From an uncultured Candidatus Rokubacteria bacterium (lineage in GTDB: Bacteria > Methylomirabilota > Methylomirabilia > Rokubacteriales > CSP1-6), in contig CAVXJS010000009.1 of NCBI GenBank assembly GCA_963762145.1, positions 160,001 to 224,000 of the forward strand: a DNA stretch of 64,000 bases, in the 5' to 3' direction. How positions within the stretch are numbered: the first letter of the stretch is position 1; every line of letters starts with the position of its first letter. Position numbers and translations under genes: made by a program. The notes below the pieces were generated by a model, which was not told the DNA's origin, did not search any database, and was given only the letters and a program-made list of their open reading frames with translations. Shown piece after piece: positions 21,813 through 35,354 of the stretch.

Positions 21813-23432
21813 CTACCGGTCCAGCCAGACCTTGTCGTAGTGCACTTCGAACTCGGCGTTGTACGTGTAGCCCTTCATCCACGGCTGCGCGACCATGTAG
21901 AAGGGCGAGCCGGAGATGGTGTTCCAGTACATGTTCTCGGTCATGTACTCCAGGAACTCCTTCCCGAGCGCCTTGCGCTTCGCCACGTCCAGCTCCCTGG
22001 CGTAGCGCGCGTAGTAGTCGTCCACCTTGGTGTCGGTGTGCCGCGGATGGCTCCACGCCGAGGACTTGGTGGAGACGTACGCGCTCGAGAGGTAGCCGTT
22101 GCTGTCGATGGTGAGCAGGGACAGGAGATCCTCCACGTACATGTCCCACGGCCCGTCCCCGAGGGTCGTGTTCATCCAGGAAACCTTGTCCACGAGCCGG
22201 ATGTTGGCGGTCACGCCGATGCGCGCGAGTTGCTCCTTGACCACGGTGGCGATGACGTTGAACACGCTCTTCTCGGTATTGGTCATCAGCTCGAGGGTCA
22301 GCGGCTTCGAGGGGCCGTAGCCCGCCTCGGCGAGGAGGGCCTTCGCCTTCGCCTGATCGTAGGGGCACAGGTGGTTGACGTTCACGGATTCGAGCGTACC
22401 CGGCGGAGCCATGCCCACCCAGGGCGTCGCCTGGCCCTTGAACGCGATCTTCACCACCTCCTGGCGGTCGATGCCGTGGCAGCCGATGGCCTTGCGGACC
22501 CGGACATCGCCGAAGATCGGGTGGGGCGCGCGGTCCGGCGACATTGGCTTGCCGTCCTTCGGGACGGTCACCTTCATCGCGGCCAGCATCGGCGTCGTTT
22601 CCTTGCCGGTCATGATCTGCGCCTTCGGGTTCTGGGTCCGCATCGTGTCCACGTGATCCGGGGAGAACGAGGCGACGAAGTCGATCTCGCCGGCCTTGAA
22701 GGCAGCCATCTCGGTGACCGGGTCCTTGATCACTCGGATGATGACCTTGTCGAGGTAGGGAAGCCCCGGCTGGAAGTACTTGTCGAAGCGCTCCATTAGG
22801 AGGTGGCTGCCCTTCACCCACTCGACGAACTTGAACGGCCCGCAGCCGATGATCGCCCCCGGCTTGCCCTGCTTGCGGTCGTCCACCCCGAACTTCTGGA
22901 TGGAGGCCGGCGAGAGGAGGACCAGCCCGGTGCGGTAGGCCGCGAGCATGTGCAGGAAGAACACGTAGGGCTGCTTGAGCCGGACCTGCACGGTCTGCGG
23001 GTCCAGGATCTCGATGCTGTGGACCGGCTCGTAGAAGGGGCGCATCCCGGACTTGGTGGCCGGGTCCATCATCCGCTCGATGTTGAACTTGACGGCGGCG
23101 GCGTCCACCGGGGTGCCGTCATGGAAGAGCACGTTCTTCCGGAGCTTGAACGTGTAGCTGAGCCCGTCGGGCGTGCTCTGCCAGGACTCGGCCGCGTCGC
23201 CCACGAACTTGCCGTCGGGGGTGATGTTGACGAGGCCGCAGCCGACGTTCATGGCGACCCACATCATTTCGTAGCCGGGGGCAGTGTGGAAATCGAGGTG
23301 GGCGATCTCGTTGCCGTAGCTGACGCGGAGCGTGCCTCCACGCTTCGGCGTCTGGGCCAGCGCCGTGCTGGAGACGAGGGCGAGCGAAAGCACCAGAGCG
23401 GTCGGGACGAGCAGGAAGGGTCGGAAGTTCAT
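21813..23432 (-). CDS. Opp/Dpp family-5 substrate-binding protein
   Basis: Signal peptide, PKRGGTLR, FKLRKNVLFHDG, GCGPFKF, PYLDKV, YDQAKAKALLAEAG. Confidence 0.92.
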   Translation of the reverse strand: MNFRPFLLVPTALVLSLALVSSTALAQTPKRGGTLRVSYGNEIAHLDFHTAPGYEMMWVAMNVGCGLVNITPDGKFVGDAAESWQSTPDGLSYTFKLRKNVLFHDGTPVDAAAVKFNIERMMDPATKSGMRPFYEPVHSIEILDPQTVQVRLKQPYVFFLHMLAAYRTGLVLLSPASIQKFGVDDRKQGKPGAIIGCGPFKFVEWVKGSHLLMERFDKYFQPGLPYLDKVIIRVIKDPVTEMAAFKAGEIDFVASFSPDHVDTMRTQNPKAQIMTGKETTPMLAAMKVTVPKDGKPMSPDRAPHPIFGDVRVRKAIGCHGIDRQEVVKIAFKGQATPWVGMAPPGTLESVNVNHLCPYDQAKAKALLAEAGYGPSKPLTLELMTNTEKSVFNVIATVVKEQLARIGVTANIRLVDKVSWMNTTLGDGPWDMYVEDLLSLLTIDSNGYLSSAYVSTKSSAWSHPRHTDTKVDDYYARYARELDVAKRKALGKEFLEYMTENMYWNTISGSPFYMVAQPWMKGYTYNAEFEVHYDKVWLDR

Positions 23433-23626
23433 CGGCTTGACTCCTTCCGGCGACCGGTTGTCGCCGAGAAACCACGAGTGGGTCGTTACATGGGGTCAGG
23501 GCTCCTCTTGTCGAAAACGAGACGGATCACGCCAGCCATGCTCCCGGGGTCCGCCAGGAGGCGGACGAGGAATCGGGACGTTGCGGGAGTGTGCCCCCGG
23601 TTCCTACCGCTTTGCAACTGAATTCG

Positions 23627-24535
23627 TCAGATGACGCGGGGGTCCAGGGCATCCCGGAGCCGGTCGCCCACCAGGTTGATGGCGAGCACGGTGAGGAGGA
23701 TGGCCAGGCCGGGGAAGGTGGGGAACCACCAGGCCACGCTCACGAAATCCCGCCCGAGTGCGATCATATGGCCCCAGGTCGGATAGGCGCTTCCCGTCCC
23801 CACCCCCAGGAAGGACAGGGCCGCCTCCTGCAGGATGGCCTGGGCCACCTGCAGCGTGGACAGCACGATGATGGACGAGAAGGTATTGGGCAGCAGGTGG
23901 CGCAGGAGCGTGCGCAGGGGGCTCGCCCCGATGGCGCGGGCGGCCTCGATGAAGTCCTTCTCCCGCAGGGCGAGCACCTCCGCCCGCACCACCCGGGTAT
24001 AGCGCTCCCACCCGGTGAGGCCGAGGACGATGATGATGGTGATCAGGCTGGGGCCGAGCGCGGCCACGAAGGCGAGCGCGAGCAGGAGCTGGGGGAAGGA
24101 CAGCATCACGTCCACCACCGTCATGATCGCGGTGTCCACCCGTCCCTGCAGGAAGCCGCTCATGAGCCCCAGGGTGACTCCCACGGTCAGGCTGACCAGA
24201 ACCGCCGAGATCCCGACGATCAGCGAGACGCGGGCCGCGTGGATGATACGGCTCAGGATGTCACGGCCCACCTGGTCGGTGCCGAGCAGGTAGGTCGCCT
24301 TACCCCCCTCGGCCCACACCGGCGGGGTGAGTCGGCGGATCAAGCTCTGGCGCGTGTGCTCGTGCGGAGCCACGTAGGGCGCGAAGATGGCGGCGCCGAT
24401 GACGACCAGGAGGATCAGCGCGCCCGCGATCGCGGCCGGGTTGCGCACGAACTTGCGCCAGACCCGAGAGCGCTCCGTGGTGTGGCCGAGGCCGGCCGCA
24501 GCGTTCATGGGCGGCGCGAGGGTGCCGATGGCCAT
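23627..24535 (-). CDS. Opp/Dpp ABC permease (DppC-like)
   Basis: Start MAIGTLAPP; LLGTDQVGRD, REKDFIEAARAIG, EAALSFLG, GDRLRDALDP. Confidence 0.92.
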   Translation of the reverse strand: MAIGTLAPPMNAAAGLGHTTERSRVWRKFVRNPAAIAGALILLVVIGAAIFAPYVAPHEHTRQSLIRRLTPPVWAEGGKATYLLGTDQVGRDILSRIIHAARVSLIVGISAVLVSLTVGVTLGLMSGFLQGRVDTAIMTVVDVMLSFPQLLLALAFVAALGPSLITIIIVLGLTGWERYTRVVRAEVLALREKDFIEAARAIGASPLRTLLRHLLPNTFSSIIVLSTLQVAQAILQEAALSFLGVGTGSAYPTWGHMIALGRDFVSVAWWFPTFPGLAILLTVLAINLVGDRLRDALDPRVI

Positions 24536-24540
24536 GACGC

Positions 24541-25455
24541 TCAGCGCACCCGGATCTGCGGATTCAGGTAGATGTACAGCAGGTCCACCGCGAAGTTCAC
24601 CAGCACCACCATCAGGGCGATCATGAACACGCCGGCCTGGACGATGGGGAAGTCGAGCTGACGGATCGCGCCGATGATGAGGCGGCCCAGTCCGGGGACC
24701 GCGAAGACGGTCTCGGTGATCACCGCGCCACCCAGGTTCAAGCTGAACTGCAACCCGGCCACCGTGACCAGCGGCAGCGCCGCATTGGTCAGGGCGTGGC
24801 GGCAGATGACGAACCACTCCGAGACGCCCTTGGCCCGCGCGGTGCGCACGTAGTCGAGGTTGATGACCTCCAGCATGCTCGAGCGGACGATTCGCAAGAG
24901 GAGAGGGGTCGAGAAGGTGGCCAGGGTGGCCGCGGGCAGCAGCAGCGCGGCCCAGCTCTCCCAGCCCGAGACCGGCAGCACGCGGAGCTGGACCGCGAAG
25001 AGCAGGATGAGCATGATCCCCGTCCAGAAGACGGGCATGGAGGTGCCGAGGAAGACGACGAGCGTGGCGGTGTGATCGAAGACGGAGTTGCGGCGGATCG
25101 CGCTCACGATGCCGATGGGCAGCGCGATGGCCAGGGACACCGTCATCGCGAGGAGGGTCAGGAGAACGGTGGTCGGCAGGCGGGCCAGCACCAGCGGCAG
25201 CGCCGGCTCGCGGTGGAAGAAGGACTGGCCGAAATCGCCGCGGACGATGTTGCTGACGAAGCGGGCGAACTGCACGGGCAGCGGGTCGTTGAAGCCCATG
25301 GACTGGCGCAGCACCGCCCGGTCGGACTCGGGCGCTTCCGGCATCATGAGCGCGACCGGGTCTCCGCTCGCCTGGAGGATCGCGAACGTGACCAGCGACA
25401 CGCCTACGAGCACCACCAGGAGGCGGGCGACCCGGCGCACGAGCACGGTGAACAC
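24541..25455 (-). CDS. Opp/Dpp ABC permease (DppB-like)
   Basis: GDP, GDFGQS, SMPVFWTG, DYVRTARAKG, ETVFAVPGLG. Confidence 0.92.
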   Translation of the reverse strand: MFTVLVRRVARLLVVLVGVSLVTFAILQASGDPVALMMPEAPESDRAVLRQSMGFNDPLPVQFARFVSNIVRGDFGQSFFHREPALPLVLARLPTTVLLTLLAMTVSLAIALPIGIVSAIRRNSVFDHTATLVVFLGTSMPVFWTGIMLILLFAVQLRVLPVSGWESWAALLLPAATLATFSTPLLLRIVRSSMLEVINLDYVRTARAKGVSEWFVICRHALTNAALPLVTVAGLQFSLNLGGAVITETVFAVPGLGRLIIGAIRQLDFPIVQAGVFMIALMVVLVNFAVDLLYIYLNPQIRVR

Positions 25456-25496
25456 GTCGACCGCCTTACCTCAGCCCGAGCGCGGCGCCTCCGGGC

Positions 25497-27029
25497 CTAC
25501 CTGGCCGCGGGCTTGGCGTCATAGAGCCAGAGCCACTCGTCCGGTCGGGCCGCGTACTGCACCTTCTTCGAGATGCCCAGGGTGTCGTACTGCGTGTACA
25601 GGAAGATGGTCGGTGCCTCCTCCCGGATCATCTGCTGGATCTGCGTGTAGAGCCGCTTGCGCTTGGGCTGGTCCACGCTCGAGCGGGCTTCGTCGATGAG
25701 CTTGTCGAGCCCCTCCACGCGCGCGTACCACTTGCCGACCCAGCCGCCCGGCTCGGTGTGGTAGAGCGGATGCAGCACCGCGTCGGCGTCGAAGACCGAG
25801 TAGTTGCCCCAGGTCCCGTACCAGCCGTGGGTCGACTTGCCCTCCGACTGGAAGAACTTGTTCCACGCCGGGCCCGGATCCCACATCCGCGGGGTCGTGC
25901 GAATGCCGACCTCGGTGAGCATCTGGGAGACGGCCTCGAACGAGGGGCGATCCGCGACGGAGGCGCTGTGCAGCGTGATGTCCACCCCGTTCGGGAAGCC
26001 GGCCTGGGCGAGCAGCTCCTTGGCCTTCTTCTGGTCGAAGGGATAGGGCTTCACCTCGGCGTCGAAGCCGAAGGCGGGCGGCTGTACGGTGGTCGAGACC
26101 TGGGTGCCCAGTCCCGCCATCAGCTTCTGGATGATGGTCGGCTTGTCCACCGCGTAGTTCGCGGCCTGCCGGGCCGCCTTCTTGTCGAACGGGGCCGTGC
26201 GCATGTCCAGCCCGACGTAGTGCACGCGCAGGATCGGCGTCGAGGAGATGTAGGCCACCGGATGCGTCTTGAGCTCGGGAAGGATGTCCGCGGCGACGTT
26301 GCGGATGATGTCGACCCCGCCGGTCTTGATCTCGGCCACCTGGGTCGCCACCTCGGGGATGTTGCGGAAGTTCAGGTTCTTGAAGGCGGGCTTCCCGCGC
26401 CAGTGCTGGTCGAAGGCCTCGAGGCGGATGACCTGGTCCCGCTTCCACTCTACGAACTTCCAGGGGCCGGTGCCCACCGGAGACGTCGTCCCGAAAGCCT
26501 GGTCCCCCACCGTCTCGACGTGCTTCTTGTTCACGATCGGGAAGAACACGAGCCGCTCGAGCAGCAGCGGGAAGGGCTTGTCGGTGATGATGTGGACGGT
26601 CTCCGCGTCGACCACCTTCACTTCCTTGATCGCGCGGATATTGCCGTACTGGGGCGACTTCTTCGTCTGGTCGATGACCCGGTCGAAGGAGTACTTCACG
26701 TCCGCCGGGGTCAGCACGTCCCCGTTGTGGAAGCGGACGCCCTTGCGGATCTTGAACTCCCACTGGGTGTCCGAGAGCGCCTTCCACGAGGTCGCCAGCG
26801 ACGGCTCGAACTCGAGCTTGGTGCTCCGGTGCAGGAGCGAGTCGAACATGTTGATGTTCACGAGGATCCCGACCCGCTCGAAGTGCATGTGGGGATCGAG
26901 GGTCGGGGCGTGGGACACCAGGGCGACGGTCAGCGTGTCCTTGGCCTGGGCGGAGACGGCCGGGGGCACGGCGGCCAGCGCCAGGAGCGCCAGGACCAGG
27001 GCGGCAGCTAGTGGGGCGCATCGCTTCAT
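25497..27029 (-). CDS. Opp/Dpp family-5 substrate-binding protein (GsiB/DdpA-like)
   Basis: Start MKRCAPLAA with SD GAGGAGG; TLDPH, PSLATSW, FKIRKGVRFHNG, PVGTGPW, AKELLAQAGFPNG. Confidence 0.92.
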   Translation of the reverse strand: MKRCAPLAAALVLALLALAAVPPAVSAQAKDTLTVALVSHAPTLDPHMHFERVGILVNINMFDSLLHRSTKLEFEPSLATSWKALSDTQWEFKIRKGVRFHNGDVLTPADVKYSFDRVIDQTKKSPQYGNIRAIKEVKVVDAETVHIITDKPFPLLLERLVFFPIVNKKHVETVGDQAFGTTSPVGTGPWKFVEWKRDQVIRLEAFDQHWRGKPAFKNLNFRNIPEVATQVAEIKTGGVDIIRNVAADILPELKTHPVAYISSTPILRVHYVGLDMRTAPFDKKAARQAANYAVDKPTIIQKLMAGLGTQVSTTVQPPAFGFDAEVKPYPFDQKKAKELLAQAGFPNGVDITLHSASVADRPSFEAVSQMLTEVGIRTTPRMWDPGPAWNKFFQSEGKSTHGWYGTWGNYSVFDADAVLHPLYHTEPGGWVGKWYARVEGLDKLIDEARSSVDQPKRKRLYTQIQQMIREEAPTIFLYTQYDTLGISKKVQYAARPDEWLWLYDAKPAAR

Positions 27030-27148
27030 GCGGGTGTCCTCCTCAGTGTCACGGGAGCCGTGGGAGATGGGAGAGGGCGGCGGTGGCCTCAACGCTTTCG
27101 GTGCGTATACCACAAAGGCCCCACCCAGGACAATGCCCCGGGGGAACG

Positions 27149-29749
<2,601 letters not shown>

Positions 29750-30787
29750 TCAGCCGGACAGGCTGTAGGCGGCCACCGGCGCCTCCTTGCCGCGCAGGTC
29801 GAGCTCGCCGCACCGCCGGGCCAGGACGCCCGGCGGCAGCTCGAGCCGGCGCAGCAGCGCGTCCGACACGACGAGGTCCAGCCCCGCCCGCTTGGCGTAC
29901 TCCTCGAGCCGCGCCGCGGTGTTGAGGATGTCGCCGACGAAGACGATCTGCCGGCGCAGGTCCCCCAGCTCGCCCGCGGTGACCGTGCCGCCGTGGAGCC
30001 CGCCGCGGAAGCGCGGCACCGTGCCGAAGTCGCGCGTGTACCGCGCCGCCTCCCGGGCCACCGCGGCGCGGCCCCAGAAGAAGCAGCGGACGCAGTTGGC
30101 CGCGCGCACGCCCTCGGCGAGGGGCCACGTCACCACCACCTCGTCGCCCGCGTACTGGTAGATCTCCCCGCGCGAGGCCACGATCGGGTCGGTGAGGTCG
30201 TCCACGAAGCGCCGGAGCAGCTCGAAGTAGCGGGCGCTCCCCAGGCGCTCGGCCAGGGTCGTCGAGCCCTCGAGGTCGAGGAAGAGAAAGATGCGCTCCT
30301 CGGCGGTCGGACGATGGTAGCGCCCGGCCACGAAGTAGCGCAGCACGTTGGCGCCGATCATGCGGTTCATCTGCAGGGCGAACAGCATCGCCACCGCGAG
30401 GACCACGAAGTACGGCAGGGCGTAGTAGAGCAGATGCGGCTCGCCGAGGCTCGTCACGAAGCGCGAGGGGTCGCCGCTCGTCAGCACCTGCCCCAGGCCC
30501 CGCCCGATCAGGAACAGCGCCACCACCGTCACGCTGCTGATGGCCAGGTCCGCCACGAAGCGCCGCCGCCGGAACCAGGCGCGCAGATAGCCGTCCCGGA
30601 CGAGCTGCAGGTAGCCGCCCACGAGCCCGGTCACCAGCACGCCGTCGACCACCCCCTGGACCGCGGAGCGGAGCGTGGGCGCGCTCGTCAGCACGTTGAA
30701 GATCGGCGTGACCGCGCAGACCGCCAGCATCATGACCCCGATCTGGCGGAGCTGGATGCGTGCGCGGCTGTCCCCGCGGCCGATCAC
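29750..30787 (-). CDS. Membrane-anchored class III nucleotidyl cyclase
   Basis: GTG start VIGRGDS; about 4 TM then FLFLDLEGST, QYAGDEVV, GLHGG, GDILNTAARLE, LRGK. Confidence 0.88.
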   Translation of the reverse strand: MIGRGDSRARIQLRQIGVMMLAVCAVTPIFNVLTSAPTLRSAVQGVVDGVLVTGLVGGYLQLVRDGYLRAWFRRRRFVADLAISSVTVVALFLIGRGLGQVLTSGDPSRFVTSLGEPHLLYYALPYFVVLAVAMLFALQMNRMIGANVLRYFVAGRYHRPTAEERIFLFLDLEGSTTLAERLGSARYFELLRRFVDDLTDPIVASRGEIYQYAGDEVVVTWPLAEGVRAANCVRCFFWGRAAVAREAARYTRDFGTVPRFRGGLHGGTVTAGELGDLRRQIVFVGDILNTAARLEEYAKRAGLDLVVSDALLRRLELPPGVLARRCGELDLRGKEAPVAAYSLSG

Positions 30788-30810
30788 TCGACCCTCGTCG
30801 CGGCGACCCG

Positions 30811-31879
30811 CTACGCGTCGCGGAAGTGCGGCATGACCTCCCGGGCGAAGAGCTCCATGGAGCGGCGGATCTTGTCCTGGGGCAGGCCGCCGAAGTTCAT
30901 CCAGCAGAGCACGTGGCCGATGCCCATGGCGCGCATGGCCTCGATGTGGCGGGCCACCGTGTCCGGCGAGCCGAAGGCGACGGTCTCCGCCACCAGGCCC
31001 TCCCACGTGACCTTCTTGAACCGCTCGGCGGCGGCCCGGAACCCGGGCTGCAGGCTCGGATGCGCGTCCTCGATGCGCTCGGGCACCTGGAAGCGCCGCA
31101 GCGAGTCCTGGTACCACATCTCGGCGTCCTTGGCCTCGGCGAGGGCCTGCGCGTCGGTGGCGGCCACGTAGATCTGGCGGGACACGCCCCAGTCCTTCAT
31201 CAGCCCGGCGATCTCGGCCTCGGTGCGCCCGTGCTTGCGCAGCGCGGTGAGGTAGCTGTCGCGCCGCTTGACGAGCTGGTCCATCGGCCCGGTGAGGAGC
31301 GAGTTCAGCATGGGCCAGCCGCGCGCGGCCGAGCTCTCGATGCCGTCGTCGCTGCCGCAGACCTGGTAGATCGGCGGGATGGGGCCGCTGCCAGGGCTTC
31401 GGGATCACCCGGGTCTCGCCGATCGTGAAGAAGCGCCCCTCGTGGGCGAAGCGATCCTCGGTCCAGGCCTTGAGCATGATGTCCACGGCCTCGTCGAAGC
31501 GCTCGCGGTTCTCCTGCTGGGGCACGTGGTAGCCCTGGAACTCGGCCGGGCGGTTGCCGCGCCCCACGCCCACGTCGAGCCGGCCCTTCGACATGATGTC
31601 GATCAGCGCCATCTGCTCGGCCAGCCGCAAGGGATGGTGGAACGGCAGGATGGCCGCGGCCAGGCCGATGCGCACCCGGCTGGTGCGGGCGGCCGCGGTG
31701 GCGGCCAGGCTGGCCGGATCCACCGACAGGCCGTAGTCGATGAAGTGGTGCTCGGTGAGCCAGATCTGATCGAACCCGAGCTCCTCCGTCCACACCATCT
31801 GCTCGATCTCGCGATGGATGACCTCGGCGTGGGTGAGGCCGGGGGCGGCCTGGAAGAAGTAGAAGGTCCCGAAGCGCAT
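30811..31879 (-). CDS. Luciferase-like (LLM) flavin monooxygenase, frameshift near 31375
   Basis: MRFG, LGFDQIWLTEHH, HPLRLAEQ, GRLDVGVGRG, PKPWQRPHP, FGSPDTV, SMELFAREVMPHF. Confidence 0.9.
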
Positions 31880-31889
31880 GCTACCGAGG

Positions 31890-31897
31890 ATTATAAT
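31890..31897. promoter_or_regulatory. Symmetric -10 element ATTATAAT (TATAAT on both strands) between divergent genes
   Basis: AT palindrome in a 35-bp gap of a very GC-rich region. Confidence 0.6.
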
Positions 31898-31914
31898 CAC
31901 GCCGGAGGCACTCC

Positions 31915-32637
31915 ATGGAGACCAAAGTCGACGAGATCGCCGAGCGGATCTATCGCCTGTCCACGTTCTTGCCCGCCGTCGGGCCGCGCGGCCTCACGTT
32001 CAACCAGTTCCTGGTGGACGCCGAGCAGCCCCTGCTCTTCCACTGCGGCCAGCGGTCCCTGTTCCCGGCCGTCTCCCAGGCCGCCGCCCGCGTCATGGAC
32101 CTGCGCCGGCTGCGCTGGATCGCCTTCAGCCACATCGAGGCCGACGAGTGCGGCGCCCTCGGCGAGTGGCTCGCCGCCGCCCCGGACGCCACCGTGACCC
32201 ACGGCGCCATCGGCTGCGCGATCTGGCTCAACGACCAGGCGCCGCGCCCGCCTCGCGCGATGGCCGACAACGAGGTGCTCGACCTGGGCGGCCGCCGGGT
32301 GCGGCGCCTCGACACCCCGCACGTGCCCCACTGCTGGGACGCGGGGCTGCTCTACGAGGAGACCACCGGCACGCTGTTCACCAGCGATCTGTTCACGCAC
32401 GCCGGCAACCCGGCCGCGCGGACCGACGGCGACATCACGGGGCCCGCGATGGAGGCGGAGAAGCAGTTCGGCTACACCGCGCTCACGCCCTCCGCGGGGG
32501 CCACCATCCGGCGGCTGGCCAAGCTCGAGCCGCGGACGCTCGCGGTGATGCACGGCTCGTCCTACTCGGGCGCGGGGGCGCCGGTGCTGGAGACGCTCGC
32601 GGGCTTCTACGACGGGCTGCTGGAGAAGGCGCGCTAG
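31915..32637 (+). CDS. Metallo-beta-lactamase-fold diiron protein (ODP/FprA N-terminal-like)
   Basis: TFNQFLV, SHIEADECG, TPHVPHCWD, LFTSDLF, MHGS. Confidence 0.85.
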   Translation: METKVDEIAERIYRLSTFLPAVGPRGLTFNQFLVDAEQPLLFHCGQRSLFPAVSQAAARVMDLRRLRWIAFSHIEADECGALGEWLAAAPDATVTHGAIGCAIWLNDQAPRPPRAMADNEVLDLGGRRVRRLDTPHVPHCWDAGLLYEETTGTLFTSDLFTHAGNPAARTDGDITGPAMEAEKQFGYTALTPSAGATIRRLAKLEPRTLAVMHGSSYSGAGAPVLETLAGFYDGLLEKAR

Positions 32638-32642
32638 CCCCA

Positions 32643-32756
32643 CTCACCTCTGGCCCCTCACCTCTGGCCCCTCACCCTGCCCTCTCCCCAGGGGGGAGAG
32701 GGAGAGTCACGGTCTTCCCCCCTCTCCCCCCTGGGGAGAGGGCCGGGGTGAGGGGG
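32643..32756. repeat. REP/BoxC-like palindromic element, inverted doublet, preceded by a 14-bp tandem duplication
   Basis: CTCACCTCTGGCCC x2, then CCCTCACCCTGCCCTCTCCCCA-GGGGGGAGAGGG and an inverted copy CCCTCTCCCCCCTGGGGAGAGGGCCGGGGTGAGGGG. Confidence 0.85.
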
Positions 32757-33769
32757 CGTCGACGCGCACGCGCCGGCCGACCGGGAAGAAGCGCAAGCTC
32801 CCATCGGTCGGCGACCATTCCCCACAAGCCCCTGCGGATACGCGAGCATCACGCCCACCGCGAGCGTGCCCAGCAGGATCATGTACCAGGCCCCGTAGTC
32901 GGAGAGGTACTCGCGCACGAGGAAGAAGAGCGCGGTGCCGATCAGCGGGCCCTCGAGCGAGCCGAGCCCGCCGATCACCACGATGAAGATGGTGTAGGCC
33001 GTCCAGTTGATGCTGAAGCCGGCGTCCGGCGAGATGCGGAGCAGGTTCAGATAGATCAGCGCGCCGGTGACGCCGGTGCCGAACGCGACGCCGACGTAGA
33101 CCACGAGCTTGACGCGGAAGACGTCGACCCCGAGCGTCTCGGAGCCGTGCTCGCTGTCCCGGATGGCCATCAGCCCGAGCCCGTAGCGGGAGCGCAGGAA
33201 CGCGTAGACCGCGACGAGCGGCGCCCACGCCGATGGCCAGCGCCAGGAGATAGGTCGTCACCTCGCGGCTCTCGCGGGCCAGCGGGAAGACCGCCTTCAG
33301 CGTGCGGCCCGATCCGCGGCCGAGCGCGGCCGTGTTGGCGATGAGCAGGCGGTAGACTTCGGCGATGGCCCACGTGCCCACCGCGAAGTAGCCTCCGCGG
33401 AAGCGGAAGACGAGGGCGGCGGTGGGCAGCGCGAACGCGGCCGCCACCAGCCCCGCCAGCGGGACCGACGAGGAACGGGTTCACGCCGAGATCGTCGGCC
33501 AGCACGATCAGCGCATAGCCGCCGAGGCCGACGTAGGCCTGCTGCCCGATGGAGACGAGCCCGGCATACCCGGCGAGCAGGTTCCACATCTGGGCCAGCA
33601 CGAGCAGGGCGATGAACTCCACCAGGATCCGCATCGTGCTCGGAGTCGCCCCAGGCGGGCAGGCTGACGAGCGCGATCAGGACGAGCGCGGCGCCGACCG
33701 CGCCGACGCGGCTCGGCGGACGTGGTGCGCTCGATCCGGACGACCGCGGGCTCCATCGGCGCGGCTCAC
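32707..33769 (-). CDS. Branched-chain (HAAT) ABC permease LivM-like, frameshifted
   Basis: WNLLAGYAGLVSIGQQAY, RFRGGYFAVGT, AIRDSE..LGV, IGGLGSLEGPLIG; ends approximate. Confidence 0.85.
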
Positions 33770-34643
33770 GCGATCCTCCGCCGCCTTGGTGAAGAGCCCC
33801 TGCGGGCGGAAGGAGCAGGACGGCCAGGAACACCAGGTGCCCGGTGAGGATCCCCCAGCCCGGCGACAGCTTGGCGCCCACCGTCTGGGCGATCGCCCAG
33901 CACCGCGCCGCCCACGAGCGTGCCCCAGAGCGAGCCCAGCCCGCCGATGATGACGGCCTCGAAGGCGAAGAGCAGCCGGTCGGGCCCGCTGCTGAACGTG
34001 AACGTGGTCCGGATGCCGAGGAACACGCCGGCGACCGCGACGATGCCGAGCGAGAGCGCCATGGCCAGGCGCGTAGAGCCGCCGGTTGTCGATGCCCATC
34101 AGCTCGGCCGTCTCCTGATCGTCGGAGGTGGCGCGGAAGGCGCGCCCCACCGACAGGCGGCTGATGACGAGCTGGAGCCCGACCAGGATCAGCACCGCCA
34201 CCGCCAGCGTGATGAACGGGAACCAGCCGATGGCGAGACCGCGCCCCGAGCGACAGGCTCGCGGTCTCGATGCCGCCGGGATTGAGCCGGCGCGAATCGG
34301 CGGAGAAGGTCTCGAGCAACGCGTTCTGGATGATGATGGAGAGCCCGAACGTCACCAGGATCGGCGGCAGGATGCCGCGGCCGAGCAGGCGGTTGAGGAC
34401 CAGCGTCTGGAGCGCGTAGCCGAGCGCGGCCATGAGCGGCACGACCAGGGCCAGGGCCACGAACGGGTTGAGCCCGAGCGTCTCCACGACGACGACCGCG
34501 AGGAATGCGGCCAGGATGCTGAGGTCGCCGTGGGCGAGGTTGACGATGCGCATGACGCCGAAGATGAGCGAGAGGCCGGTGGCGAAGAGCGCGTAGAGCC
34601 CGCCGAGCAGCAGTCCCTGGAGGATGGTGTCGACCCAGCCCAC
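33766..34643 (-). CDS. HAAT ABC permease LivH-like, frameshifted
   Basis: GLLLGGLYALFATGLSLIFGVMRIVNLAHG, GRAFRATSDD..AELMGI, IIGGLGSLWG. Confidence 0.88.
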
Positions 34644-34645
34644 GG

Positions 34646-35350
<705 letters not shown>

Positions 35351-35354
<4 letters not shown>

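Noticed and set aside
29750-31900. Apparent LLM-cyclase fusion (716 aa)
   Set aside because: Frameshift near 31375; the LLM C-terminal half has its own stop at 30811
32643-32756. Possible mini-CRISPR
   Set aside because: Repeats are inverted or abutting, with no spacers and no cas genes
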